Source of the DNA: Cyanophora paradoxa CCMP329
Lineage: Eukaryota > Plantae > Glaucophyta
Assembly (NCBI GenBank): GCA_004431415.1
Contig: QPMI01000517.1
Span: 62,001-126,000 of the forward strand
DNA length: 64,000 nucleotides
Direction: 5' to 3'
How positions within the stretch are numbered: position 1 is the first letter of the stretch; every line of letters starts with the position of its first letter. The notes under the pieces were generated by a model. It was not told the origin of the DNA. It saw nothing but the letters and a program-made list of their open reading frames with translations, and searched no databases. Below, in pieces: positions 11,928 to 22,524 of the stretch. A program made the translations under genes and the position numbers.

Positions 11928-14900
11928 ATGGACGTTACCCAAAATAATGCAGCGACTCGGCGCTTCCGGTTGGCCAGAATCAAAGACCAGATCGAAGCGC
12001 TCGCGATTTCATTGTATAATCGACGCGTCATACATGGAGCTTTCAAAAATAAATTGATTAGAATTTCAGCACAAGGGTCGAGAACACGGTTTGCAACTTT
12101 GGAAAAGTACGCTTCACTTTTGAACGAACTTGCAAGACTTCCTAGGCCAGCGCGTCCTGTGTCAGGTCGTCGACTAGAGCTGGCGATCGCAGAGGTGCAG
12201 GCAGAGATCGTCCGTGGCTTTGCCGAGCTGCCTGAGGATGACGGTGGAAATGATGTTCAAATCAATGACGGAAATACTACAACAGCGCTTGACGGGCGAT
12301 ATGCGGAGTGGAAATACCAATTGCCTCGCGTTCTGGCCGCGTAACATCAATGCAAGCTCGCTTCGAGAATTCTGAGCAGTTCAAACAGAATGCTATATCA
12401 TTCGTAAGCGCCCAGGTAAATCTTGCAGAGGCGGTAAGAATGGCATTGCACTACAAATCTCTGGATTGGGTGTCTACAGAAAGCCAGAGACAGATTCTAC
12501 GATCGCTATCGTTATTGAACATCGTCGTTTCGATCGCATCGAGCCAGGGACAAGCATTGAGGCGGCCTTGCGTTCACAGCTCGAAGAATTAGACATGATC
12601 TCGGCAGAGAAAAGCAGGGATTCCTCAGTATTTGACACGTGGGTGTATCTGGTCTTTAAAACTGTGCGCTATTTCCGCAGGATTGGTGGCCGTGGCCGAG
12701 GCTTTGTACTGCCAAAGTGGCTCTCAGACAAGCACGCGCTTATCAATATAAATGCACCGAACAACGAGTGCTTTAAATACGCAGTCCTTGCTGCTCGCAA
12801 TCCATTGGGCGAAGGTGTTGATTCTCGGCATGCAGGGAACTACCGCCAGCACGAGACATCGCTGGACTGCTCAATGCTTACATATCCGACCCCGCTTGAC
12901 TCGAGGATGTTCACCAAATTCGAGCAAGCAAATAACGTCAAGCTCTGCGTTTATACAACTGCTCTAGATAAGCAGGATATCATACCAATCCATATCAGTG
13001 CTGCGAGAGACGCAATCCCAATACTGTATGTGCCGGCTGGGGAGGGAAACGATGTCGGGCATTACCTCTGGATTAAGAGCGTCTCACGACTGTTCCGAAA
13101 GAACGAATCAAATGCAAAGCACTATTGCTTAGCCTGCCAGGTCGGTTTTAGCTCAGATCAAGCATTTGAAAATCATCTGAAATATGACCGTTGCCTTGAT
13201 CGGGATGAACACGCAAGAGATGTTCTGCCGGAGAAAGGAGCACATATCCAGAAGTTTATTAACTTTGAGTACTCAATCCGGCAACGTCTGGTCGGATATG
13301 CTGATTCAGAGACGATTACAATGCCAATTCCCTGCATTAGTGGAAAGACCGAAAAGAAAGGTGTGCATGTGATTGCTTCAGTCGGCTGTCTGGTTGTATC
13401 TTCAAAAGGTGAACAGTTTTGTTTCAAATACATGGGTTCGGAGAGCGAGGACTGCACTGAGAAGTTCGTGCAATGGTTGGACGAAATGGAACCACAATTC
13501 CGAGAGCTTTTGCGAGAGACTGCACCAATCCAGATTACTCAGGAAGAGGAGCAGCGTTTTCAAACGACGACCGAGTGCTACATGTGCAAGAACACGTTCA
13601 AGGATGCGAAAGACAAGCACCGTGATCACTGCCACGAATCTGGCCGATATTTCGGGCTGCCTGCAGAGCTTGCAATCGACGCCGCGCGAAATCAGCTGCT
13701 GTTCCATTATTCTGGCACAACGGTCGAGGATTTGACTTCCACCTGCTCGTACGTGCTCTAGCATCTGGCTATAACCGTCGTTTAGCAGCTTGGAAGGAGT
13801 TTCAAGCGCATGTCGAAAGCGAGTTTGAAAGCAAGTACGGTGGGCGTGAGATGACCCCAGAGCAGAAAAAGAAGGCGAAGAAGGGGCTCGAACGCCGGCT
13901 CCGCCCGCAGAGTCTCCTTTCGATAAAATTCGATCAGGTCTTCCAGAATAGCGAGCGAATTTCGCAGTTCAAGTATGGAATTTACGTTCTACGGGACTCG
14001 GCTCAGCACTTGAATGCGAGCTTGGACGACCTTGCAAAGGCTCTGCCCGCGGAGAAGAAGAAGATCACGCGCTCGCTGTATCTGGACGAGACTCGGTTCA
14101 AGCTGATGACTAGCAAAGGGATTTACCCTTATGACTACATGACGAGCTGGGCTCGCTTTCAGGAGTCTAAACTGCCTGCACGTCGTTATTTCAAAAATCA
14201 GCTTAAACAGAAGAAATGCACGAAAGATGAGTACGCACATGCGAAGGCTGTTTGGCGAGAGCTCGGCTGCAGAACGCTATCAGGCTATACAATGGAGTAT
14301 ATGATGACAGATATCGCGTTACTAGCTGACGTGTTTGAAAACTATCGTGATACGTGTATTGAAACGTATGGCCTAGATCCTAGCTATTTTATGTCATCGC
14401 CGGATTTGCTTGGCAGGCAGCACTTAAGCACACTGGAGTGAAGCTCGAGCTCTTTCACGAGGGGCAGCAGGATATGCACAGATTTATAGAATCCGGGATC
14501 AGGGGCGGAATCTCAATGATCTCAAAACGCTACGCACGAGCTGAGAACAAATATTTGAGCATAAAGTTCAACAAGTACACCCACGCTGTTGAGCCTACAG
14601 TCTCACAGTCTACATGCATTTCTAACTACTACCGAACACACAAGGAATCGTGGCTCATGTACCTCGATGCAAACAACTTGTACGGCGTCGCAATGAAGCG
14701 CAAGCTACCCACAGGAGATTTCCGCTGGGATAAACTAGATCAAGACGTTGATGTAATGCAGTACGTTGCAAGCCTTGACGCGGATGGAGCTCGTGGCTAT
14801 GCTCTCGAAGTCGATATGTACATGCCTGAGCATCTCCATGACGAGTTCTCAGACTATCCGCTGGCCCCTGAACGGATGTGTGTGTCCAAGGAACACCTAT

Positions 14901-15980
14901 CAAAGCGACAACAGGATATGATTAACGACGAGAAGCTTACCTCAGTTGAACGAACTCCAAAGCTCGTTCCAAATCTGCTTCCAAAAAAGAATTATGTTGT
15001 TGATGGACGCTTGCTTCAGCTCTATACGTCACTGGGAATGATAGTAACCAACATCCATCGGATCCTATCGTACGAACAAAGCGCATGGCTAGGGCGTTTC
15101 ATAGATCTCAATACTCAAAAACGTAAAGAATCGCAGTTCACATACCAGAAGGACCTTTACAAGTTGATGAACAACAGTGTCTTTGGCAAAACAATGGAGA
15201 ACGTGAGAAAGCACTGCTTTTCAGAGCTTGTGACTTCGGGAGACCGTCTGGTGAAGATCAACAGCGAACCAAATCGGTTGAAGCAGGTGGTGATGTACGA
15301 AGAGAACCTTGTATTCGTTTCCAAGCGCAAAAGTGAGTACAATCTGAACAAACCTATCTACTGCGGGTTCGTCATCCTCGAACTTTCCAAGCTGCACATG
15401 TACCGCTTTTACTACCAGGTGCTCAAGCTGCTTTGGGGCCAGCGGCTGACACTATTAGGTACGGATACTGACAGTCTCATCATCGAGGTTCGCACCAAAG
15501 ATATCTATGCTGATTTACGCTCAATCAAGCATGAGCTGGATGTTAGCGACTACCCAGAGACACATCGATTCTTCGATGGCATGACAGCCGATGAGGTTCG
15601 AGCTCTACGATCGATGGGAAAACTCCGGGATTATTCAAGGATGAGCTCCATGGTCTGCAAATGACAGAGTGGATCGCTAACCGGCCGAAATCTTACTATT
15701 ATTCGCGTGAAGATTCCACGGACAAGCAGGTATGCAAGGGTATTCAAAAGACGTACTACAACAGACTCACAAGGGATGTATTCTTCCGGTGCGTCTGCCC
15801 TAAAGAGGGAGAAAAGCAATCGTATGACATCAAAGGAATTCTCGGTTTCCGCTCGAAACTACATGAGATTTATTTACAACGAACCTCGCGTCAGGCTCTA
15901 CATCCCCTTGATACCAAACGCTTCCTCGAGACTGACGGATCAACACCCGAGCGATTGGACATTATAAAAATCGCGCCTGA
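11928..15980 (+). CDS. polB: Protein-primed family B DNA polymerase (split over ~6 frames)
   Basis: Motifs YADSET (ExoI), LRDS, KGIYPYDY, YMMTDIALL (ExoIII), YLDANNLYG (A), KLMNNSVFGK (B), GTDTDS (C) and PKSY. CYMC...RDHCH Zn insert. Confidence 0.93.
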
Positions 15981-15989
15981 TTTACAAAG

Positions 15990-17081
15990 ATGTACCAGAT
16001 TACTGCGCCACCCGGTGCGTGGCAAATTGACGTGCTGTTCATTGGGAGATTTCGCCTGTTCGCAGCGGTCGAGATTGCAACCCGTTTCGCTGTGGTCCGT
16101 AAGCTCGAGACTTTTAAGCAGCTTCCAAAAATGATCGAGCAGCTACCTGGAATATGGGGCTTTTCAGGAGACAACGGCTTCAACACAGCAGCAATTCGGG
16201 AAATGGCTGAAGAGAACTCGTTGAAAATGCACACTGATGTGGCTAAGGATGATCACATTTCAAAAGGCTCCAAGCTGGGAATTATCGACAGGTTCGCGAG
16301 GACATTGCGAGCACTGATTCAGACTGATACAGAAGCTCGTGGCTCCCCGCATTTCCTCTCACGTTTGCCGGCAATTGTCAAGGCGTACAATGAAACAGCC
16401 CACAGCTCTTTCGGCGGGGAGCACTCACCAAAGTGGATGCGGGAAAATACACAGGTAGCCGAGCAGCTGCATCAAGTTAGACAGCGACAGAACGATATTG
16501 AACGAGACAATTCGAACATACCGCGCACAGGGACCGAAGTGCAAGTCCTGGAGCCGAAGCCAAGCGTTTTTGCGAAGGGAACCACAAAGCCAAGCAAGGA
16601 GACGTACATAGTTGCTGGCGCAGACAAGAACCGTGTTCGACTCGTTACAAAACAGGGTGTGGAAATTTCTAGACGTGTTAAACCATCGGAAATACGTCAA
16701 CCGCGTGAGCTTGCACCTCAAACACGAATCGAAAAAGAAGAAGTGCAAATGCGACAGCAGAGACGATTGAGACGTGAGGGTTTGATCGAAACAAAAAAAT
16801 ACAGCGGTCAAAGCGGCAGTATCGAGAGCTCAAGAAGCTTGAGATTGCAGGGGAGCCAAAGCTACGAGCAGGTGCTAAAGCTGCATCACCTCGAGCTCTA
16901 CAGAAGCTCCGCTCTTCGCGAGGCATCTACGCGCAATAGCATTCCTGTGGTACTCCCGGATCCTATCAGGATTCTCAGCTCGATACTTCGCTGTGATGGC
17001 AAGCTGTTTCAAACGGTATGTTTCGTTCGTGTGGCGCAGTTTGCGATTGCGTTCAGCATTCTTTCTGCGTCGCTCTGCTAA
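15990..17081 (+). CDS. Retroviral-type (rve) integrase
   Basis: WQIDVL, SGDNG, GIIDRFARTLR, AYNETAHSS. Consistent with the 6-bp TSD. The 3' end is uncertain because of a probable frameshift. Confidence 0.85.
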   Translation: MYQITAPPGAWQIDVLFIGRFRLFAAVEIATRFAVVRKLETFKQLPKMIEQLPGIWGFSGDNGFNTAAIREMAEENSLKMHTDVAKDDHISKGSKLGIIDRFARTLRALIQTDTEARGSPHFLSRLPAIVKAYNETAHSSFGGEHSPKWMRENTQVAEQLHQVRQRQNDIERDNSNIPRTGTEVQVLEPKPSVFAKGTTKPSKETYIVAGADKNRVRLVTKQGVEISRRVKPSEIRQPRELAPQTRIEKEEVQMRQQRRLRREGLIETKKYSGQSGSIESSRSLRLQGSQSYEQVLKLHHLELYRSSALREASTRNSIPVVLPDPIRILSSILRCDGKLFQTVCFVRVAQFAIAFSILSASLC

Positions 17082-17219
17082 AATCTCCGGGGTGACCTCC
17101 ATCGGTTTAGGCCCCTTCTTCTTCGGCTGATAAGGCTCCATTGTTAAAAGACGAACCTTAGGGGGTCGCCCACGGCCACGTTTAACCGCAACGCAATCCG
17201 CAGTAATTGCAGAAGTCAT
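16875..17219 (-). CDS. Small basic AT-hook protein
   Basis: KRGRGRPPK AT-hook with an ATG start and a basic helical tail. Confidence 0.55.
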   Translation of the reverse strand: MTSAITADCVAVKRGRGRPPKVRLLTMEPYQPKKKGPKPMEVTPEILAERRRKNAERNRKLRHTNETYRLKQLAITAKYRAENPDRIREYHRNAIARRCLAKSGASVELEVMQL

Positions 17220-17350
17220 TGTTCGGTTTGTCTCTCAATAATAAGAGACATAAATCCTTTTAAGACAAATTAGCGCGACTTTTAAGTCTTAAAGATAATG
17301 CAAACTGTAAATGTAACGAAAAAGTCGCAGACAAGCAGCTCGCTGCGCAG

Positions 17351-17881
17351 ATGGAGGTCATCGTTCCAGATGTTCCAGAGGGAGCTGCTTTGATTCCGTT
17401 AGGCGGTATTCGCAATCGGCGCAAAGTAATCGTCGCCTACGCTTTTGTATCACAGGATGATGCTGATCGAGTGCTGGAGAAACGATGGTGTTTGAACAAT
17501 GGTTATACCTCGAGCAAGATCAATGGAAAGAATATGTATTTGCATACGTTCATTGTTGGGAGACTTGAGAATGACCTTACTGTAGATCACATTAATAATA
17601 ACAAACTCGATAATCGTCGCGAGAATCTACGTTTGGCGACAAAGCGTCAGCAGATGTTGAACCAAAACCGTCGGCTCACAAACACATCAGGATTCATTGG
17701 CGTCAGCTTCTATGAGCGACTTTGTAAATGGAAAGCAAATTACAGGATCAATGGCCGTCTAAAGAACATCGGCTACTTTGCAACCGCCGAAGCAGCAGCT
17801 CAAGCTCGTGATGCTTACGTTATAGAACATACCAGCGAAGAGGACAAGCCGTTTCTGCGGCTGAACTTCCCACAGGTTTGA
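17351..17881 (+). CDS. HNH endonuclease with C-terminal AP2 DNA-binding domain
   Basis: VDHINNNKLDNRRENLRLAT (HNH) and SGFIGVSFY..WKA..IGYFATAEAAAQARD (AP2). Confidence 0.9.
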   Translation: MEVIVPDVPEGAALIPLGGIRNRRKVIVAYAFVSQDDADRVLEKRWCLNNGYTSSKINGKNMYLHTFIVGRLENDLTVDHINNNKLDNRRENLRLATKRQQMLNQNRRLTNTSGFIGVSFYERLCKWKANYRINGRLKNIGYFATAEAAAQARDAYVIEHTSEEDKPFLRLNFPQV

Positions 17882-18295
17882 ATGAAGGGAATAACACCCC
17901 TTTATCTTTTTAATGGAACTCGAACTCGAAACGGCAGAGGAAGAGTTAAATCTAGAAGACTGTTGGCCAGGCAGGAGTCAACTCACCCAAGTCACTGCAT
18001 CAGCTTTGGTATTTTTAAAGGAGCCTCCTACCTGTGGATCGCGACATCACGTCCAGAATATACAAGTTGGTTGCTCAAACAGTCCTGGCTACCGACTTTC
18101 GATCGCGCTGCTTTTTTACGCGCACAAAGCGCAATAGAGCCGAAGTCGTTCCAGAGGCTTTGTCAACAGCATAAACGCGGTCCGCGCTCACGCCTTCATA
18201 TATCAAAACCTGAAACGAATGACCCCATTCAACGAAAAGACGCATTAGATTTGCTCGACTCGCTCCGGCATTATATTCGTCGAAGCAAGTGTTGA
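17882..18295 (+). CDS. Small hypothetical protein with FGxxKG...YxxW motif
   Basis: ISFGIFKGASYLWIATSRPEYTSWLL resembles the small FGKYKG..Y..W domain. Overlaps the ATPase 3' end, so boundaries are uncertain. Confidence 0.35.
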   Translation: MKGITPLYLFNGTRTRNGRGRVKSRRLLARQESTHPSHCISFGIFKGASYLWIATSRPEYTSWLLKQSWLPTFDRAAFLRAQSAIEPKSFQRLCQQHKRGPRSRLHISKPETNDPIQRKDALDLLDSLRHYIRRSKC

Positions 18296-18779
18296 ACTCT
18301 TTAACATTGCTCAAAATCGACGAAAAGCAAACGTACTCACAGTTCCGCCGAATCGTCGGACTGATGCCACAAAGACGTTGAGTCGTTATGAAAAGGGTGG
18401 TGTTGTAATGACGGCCAGAAGTAAATAGCTTTTGCATGAGTCTGTCACTGTGGACATTTACTAGGTCATTGTCAAGTAAATCGTCTAAAACAATTGCAAT
18501 CTTGCGATCATCATTTTTGCGTCTTCTTTCTTTTTGTCGTTCTAGCAGCGCTTCAACCAAAACTGGATCCCATTCTTCCTGGATATTACTTGGTCGTGTT
18601 GTATCATTCCATTGCCCAGTAAATGCGGTCGTACTGAAGACGTAAATATCGTCTAACTGTGGCGCTACAGCATTTAGCACGTGTTTTACGTAGGTGCTCT
18701 TGCCCGAGTTTGTTGGACCGACAAACAAGAACCGTTTAGGCAGTTTTATTTCTGTAGGATCAAACAGTTTGATATCCAT
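18075..18779 (-). CDS. A32/FtsK-like genome packaging ATPase
   Basis: Walker A GPTNSGKS, Walker B IVLDD, and GRHYNTTLFITTQ (Arg finger/Q motif). Confidence 0.92.
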   Translation of the reverse strand: MDIKLFDPTEIKLPKRFLFVGPTNSGKSTYVKHVLNAVAPQLDDIYVFSTTAFTGQWNDTTRPSNIQEEWDPVLVEALLERQKERRRKNDDRKIAIVLDDLLDNDLVNVHSDRLMQKLFTSGRHYNTTLFITTQRLCGISPTIRRNCEYVCFSSILSNVKEFNTCFDEYNAGASRANLMRLFVEWGHSFQVLIYEGVSADRVYAVDKASGTTSALLRFVRVKKQRDRKSVARTV

Positions 18780-20007
18780 CTAGAAGTTACTTACCTTTAG
18801 AGTTGACATTTGATACGAGTTAATTACGAGAACATTGTGGCGCAGGACGTGGAAGTCAACAACTGCTGGCGCTGCGTTTGTGCAGCCGGTCACAGTTAGC
18901 GAGCAGTAGCTGCTGCTGGAATTAAAGAAGTCTGTGTAGCCGAGGACAGCGTTATGCAGTGAGTCTTTGCCAGATTTCGAAAGCACAATCCCATAGACAT
19001 TTCCGTCCTCGAAGCCAAGAGCTGAATTGCCAGTGGTTGCACCGCGGTATTGAGTTGGAATGTGATAGCACGATGATACAAACCCAGAGATTGGCTTATT
19101 GCTGATGTCGAGAGTTCGGTTGTTGTGCATGATCTCAAACGAATCGATTTTCAGCGCATTTCCGTTGCCAGCAAATGAATTGTGATTGCGAGTGCCCAGG
19201 TGATTCGCATTACGCACTGTCATCAGGATCGCGTGCACAAGGCCGCTGACGTTGGCAAGGGAGATTTCGACTGCATTCCCCGCGTCGTCAGTCTTTAACT
19301 GCCTCGAGCGCTTTGAAATAATCTCGGTGAAAGGAATTCGAATACCACCGCTCTCGTTTGCAGATTTAAGCATAGACTCAGCCTCTTCGCTAGGGATATT
19401 CACGAACTGGCAAACCAGGGCACAATCCGTTAGAGTTGCAACAGCACTAGCGACAGTTCCAACCACCGAAGCCGAACGGAAGTCAATCTCGACGGTGGGC
19501 ATGTCAGCCAGTGCGAGGAGCGGGAAGTATGAATTGTCCCAGAGCTGGGAGGGGATCTTTAGCACATACTCGCGACTGGCATCGAGAATCTCAAGAGCAG
19601 CGTCCTTTCCAAAGCCGTAGCTGCTAGCAAAAGCCTGGGCGGATGCAACGCTATTATCGATGAGCGCGTTCACAGTAAGCCAGTCTCCTGGGATCACCAT
19701 CTTGAAGGATCCATGAACAAAGCGCACGTTTTCAATAAATGCACCTGCGCCATTCGGCAGCACTGAGGCGGCCGCTCCGCCAGCGACGCTGACCTTAAAG
19801 TATAGCGAGACACCGTTTAGAAGTTGCTTGCGCGGAAGGTCGAAAGCGGCAGTCTGCGCGAAGCCGTACGAGTTGCCTCGCGGACGGATCGTTTCAAGGA
19901 AAGGCTTGAACTTGGGCTGACACCGACAGTGAGACCCGGGATAGATAAAGCTCGCTTGAACCTTTGGTAGTGAGGAGCTCCTTTAGAGTTGTTCCTGCTT
20001 GCGCCAT
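18780..20007 (-). CDS. Double jelly-roll major capsid protein (one frameshift near N-terminus)
   Basis: ATG at 20007, then YGFAQTAAFDLPRKQLLNGVSLYFKV...GAFIENVRF. About 400 aa, beta-rich, abutting the ATPase. Confidence 0.75.
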
Positions 20008-20051
20008 TTGCTATTATAGACCAGAAAATTTTCATGCATATTGTTGTAAAG

Positions 20052-20930
20052 ATGAAGCTCCGCGTAAATGTCGATTCTAGGGACCGGTTCGAAGGCACGT
20101 CCTCGAATTTCAAGATCAATCTCCCAAGGCCCCTCGTTAATGTAAAGTCGGTGCGAGTTGATTCGCTAGAACTGTTTCATAACATGTTCAACCTGTCCAC
20201 ACAAGCCGCAATTATCACCGGCACCCTTGATCCCTCTGGCGTTGAGAAAACACGTGCCAACACTTTCAAGCCCGGAGTCTATACGCCAACCTCCCTTGCA
20301 AACTATCTAAGCACGCTTCTTAAAACCCAGCAGTATAGTTACGGTGGAACTACTTATCAGCGCAAGTTCGTCGTTCAGTTCGAAGAGATCTCAATGCGGC
20401 TTAGGTTCCTGTGTGAAGCGGACTTTATTTTGAGCTTCACATCGGCCGAACTAGCGAACCTGCTCGGGTTTGCGAAGACTCTCAGTGACCTTTCCAGTGA
20501 GCTTGACACACCTGAGACAATCGATGGCGTACAATATTCGTACGAGCTGTTCAGCGATATGCCAGTTGATCTACTTTATCACACGTATTTGTTCCTGTAC
20601 ATTCAGCAGATCAAAGGCTCGATCTTGACACTTAACCCCTATACAACGGGCTCGATCGCAAAGATTCACATCGACTCAAAATTCGGGGAGCTCATCAAGT
20701 TCACATCTGAGGATCGTGTTCCCGTCACAGGCTTCGATCGAAACGCTGAGCTGTCTGAACTTGACATATCGCTGCGCTATCATAATGGAACAGACGCTGT
20801 CACAAACACGGAGTTCTCGTTCGTGCTAGAGTTCGATATCGAGGATGTCTCTTACACGTCTGCTGCTGCTAAATCCGCAATCAAGAATGCAGCCAGCGAG
20901 TACGTCCCCTTCGACAGATCGTTCGCATAA
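20052..20930 (+). CDS. Minor capsid (penton) protein
   Basis: VDSRDR...SNFKINLP..LVNVKSVRVDSLE, GVYT..L, LLGF and C-terminal LDISLRYHNG..FSFVLEF, typical of polinton/NCLDV pentons. Confidence 0.8.
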   Translation: MKLRVNVDSRDRFEGTSSNFKINLPRPLVNVKSVRVDSLELFHNMFNLSTQAAIITGTLDPSGVEKTRANTFKPGVYTPTSLANYLSTLLKTQQYSYGGTTYQRKFVVQFEEISMRLRFLCEADFILSFTSAELANLLGFAKTLSDLSSELDTPETIDGVQYSYELFSDMPVDLLYHTYLFLYIQQIKGSILTLNPYTTGSIAKIHIDSKFGELIKFTSEDRVPVTGFDRNAELSELDISLRYHNGTDAVTNTEFSFVLEFDIEDVSYTSAAAKSAIKNAASEYVPFDRSFA

Positions 20931-20955
20931 GTTTTTTCCCACTACTAGTTAAAAG

Positions 20956-21612
20956 ATGTCGACAGACAAGCAGTCTCGGCTGCGCACTCCGCGAAAGAAG
21001 TCGACAGACATGCAGTCTTGGCTGCGCACTTCCAGCCCTACTAAGAAGAATCACATCGAGTTCTTGAGTGGTGATACTGATGCTTACCCGCTAGCCCGTC
21101 GCGCTGGTGGCGGTGAGGGTGCATCCAACGACTATGCTCTTACCGCCGATGAGAACGCTATTCTTGATAAGATCCCGAATTCTCGGACTAAGAAGACCAA
21201 GACTAGCAAGCTAAGGGATACCGACGATGGGCCGCTGTACATCTCAGAGACGGCTAATCGTAGCAGGTATTTCATTAAAACTGTGACCGGTCTTAAAACA
21301 GTTTCAAAGAAGCGAGCTAGTGATCTTATAGCTGGCATCGCGGCTGAGACTAAGATGGAGAACAAGATTTTAAATGAACCGATCACGAAGACAAAGGTCG
21401 ATAAGAAGGTTGCCCCTCCTGCATCTGCTGTTCCTGCTAAGACGATTGTTGCGATCCCCGAGGTCGATGAGAATGCTAGCGAGCTGCCTGTAGCTAACGC
21501 ATCGATCCTGCGCATCGCCTCTAGCAGTGCTGATCCTGTCGGGCCGGCGATCGAGTACAAGCCAATGCTGAGCGGCTTCACTAAGCTAGGGCTCCGGCAT
21601 CGCTGGGAGTGA
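20956..21612 (+). CDS. Hypothetical viral protein (218 aa)
   Basis: ATG-initiated ORF directly after the penton. Basic, with no recognised motif. Confidence 0.6.
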   Translation: MSTDKQSRLRTPRKKSTDMQSWLRTSSPTKKNHIEFLSGDTDAYPLARRAGGGEGASNDYALTADENAILDKIPNSRTKKTKTSKLRDTDDGPLYISETANRSRYFIKTVTGLKTVSKKRASDLIAGIAAETKMENKILNEPITKTKVDKKVAPPASAVPAKTIVAIPEVDENASELPVANASILRIASSSADPVGPAIEYKPMLSGFTKLGLRHRWE

Positions 21613-21728
21613 ATGCCTGTAACGATGCCTGTAACGATTGGCTTGACGGCTTGGCTCGGGCTTGGTCTCCGGGATCCGGCTTGGCACAGGGCTTGTCTCG
21701 GGCTTGTCTCCGGCTTGTCTCCGGCTAG

Positions 21729-22022
21729 CTATCAGCGCACTATCAGCGCACTATCAGCGCACTATCAGCGCACTATCACTTTTATGCCAGCGCATAGAAG
21801 CTCGTCTACATTACTATACTTTTATGCCAGCGCATAGAAGCTCGTCTACATTACTATACTTTTATGCCAGCGCATAGAAGCTCGTCTACATTACTATACT
21901 TTTATGCCAGCGCATAGAAGCTCGTCTACATTACTATACTTTTATGCCAGCGCATAGAAGCTCGTCTACATTACTATACTTTTATGCCAGCGCATAGAAG
22001 CTCGTCTACATTACTATACTTT
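21729..22022. repeat. Subterminal tandem array: 11-bp unit x~4.5, then 40-bp unit x6
   Basis: (CTATCAGCGCA)n followed by six exact copies of TTTATGCCAGCGCATAGAAGCTCGTCTACATTACTATACT (21781-22020). Confidence 0.95.
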
Positions 22023-22096
22023 CTGTCCAAATCTTCAACATCTCTCGATCTTTTCGTTTTTTAGGACTTCCTGTCCAAATCTTCAACATTGCTACT

Positions 22097-22524
22097 GGCG
22101 CTATCATCCACACAGTATTATTGACTAACTAGAACCTAAACTCGCATATGCAATCAGCTTCGATTATATAGTTTTATCGTCTAGCTAGAACCTGGAAACC
22201 TCTCCGCTATTTAGATAGGAAGAACACAGTATTAACGCCTAGCTGCTGATTAAGCTATCTCTGCAGACCGTCGCGTTGGGGGCCCGTCTCAAATCACTGC
22301 TATATCTTTTGCAAGATCGATTGGAGTAGACGTTAGATACTACCTAGTGGTTGCTGGATGGAAGGGGAGGTAGACCAGAGGGAGAGAAGGGCGGTAGACG
22401 TAGCGGAAGGGTTGGCGAGAGTGATGGCTGGGAAGACGCTGGATTGGGTGGGTTGGGGTGGGTTCGGAGAGGTGAGGGTGGTGAAGAGGGGTGGGCCACA
22501 GAATCAGGTCCTCTCTCATTTTTT
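22097..22524 (-). repeat. Right terminal inverted repeat (428 bp)
   Basis: Reverse complement of 11371-11798. Confidence 0.95.

Larger units (their letters stand above)
11371..22524. mobile_element. Polinton/Maverick-like endogenous dsDNA virus, full length (11,154 bp)
   Basis: 428-bp terminal inverted repeats and a 6-bp TSD CTGGTC (11365-11370 / 22525-22530). Encodes pPolB, rve integrase, A32-type ATPase and capsid-like ORFs. Intronless and more AT-rich than the flanks. Confidence 0.96.

Noticed and set aside
21781-22020. CRISPR array
   Set aside because: The 40-bp units are head-to-tail identical with no unique spacers, and no cas genes are present.
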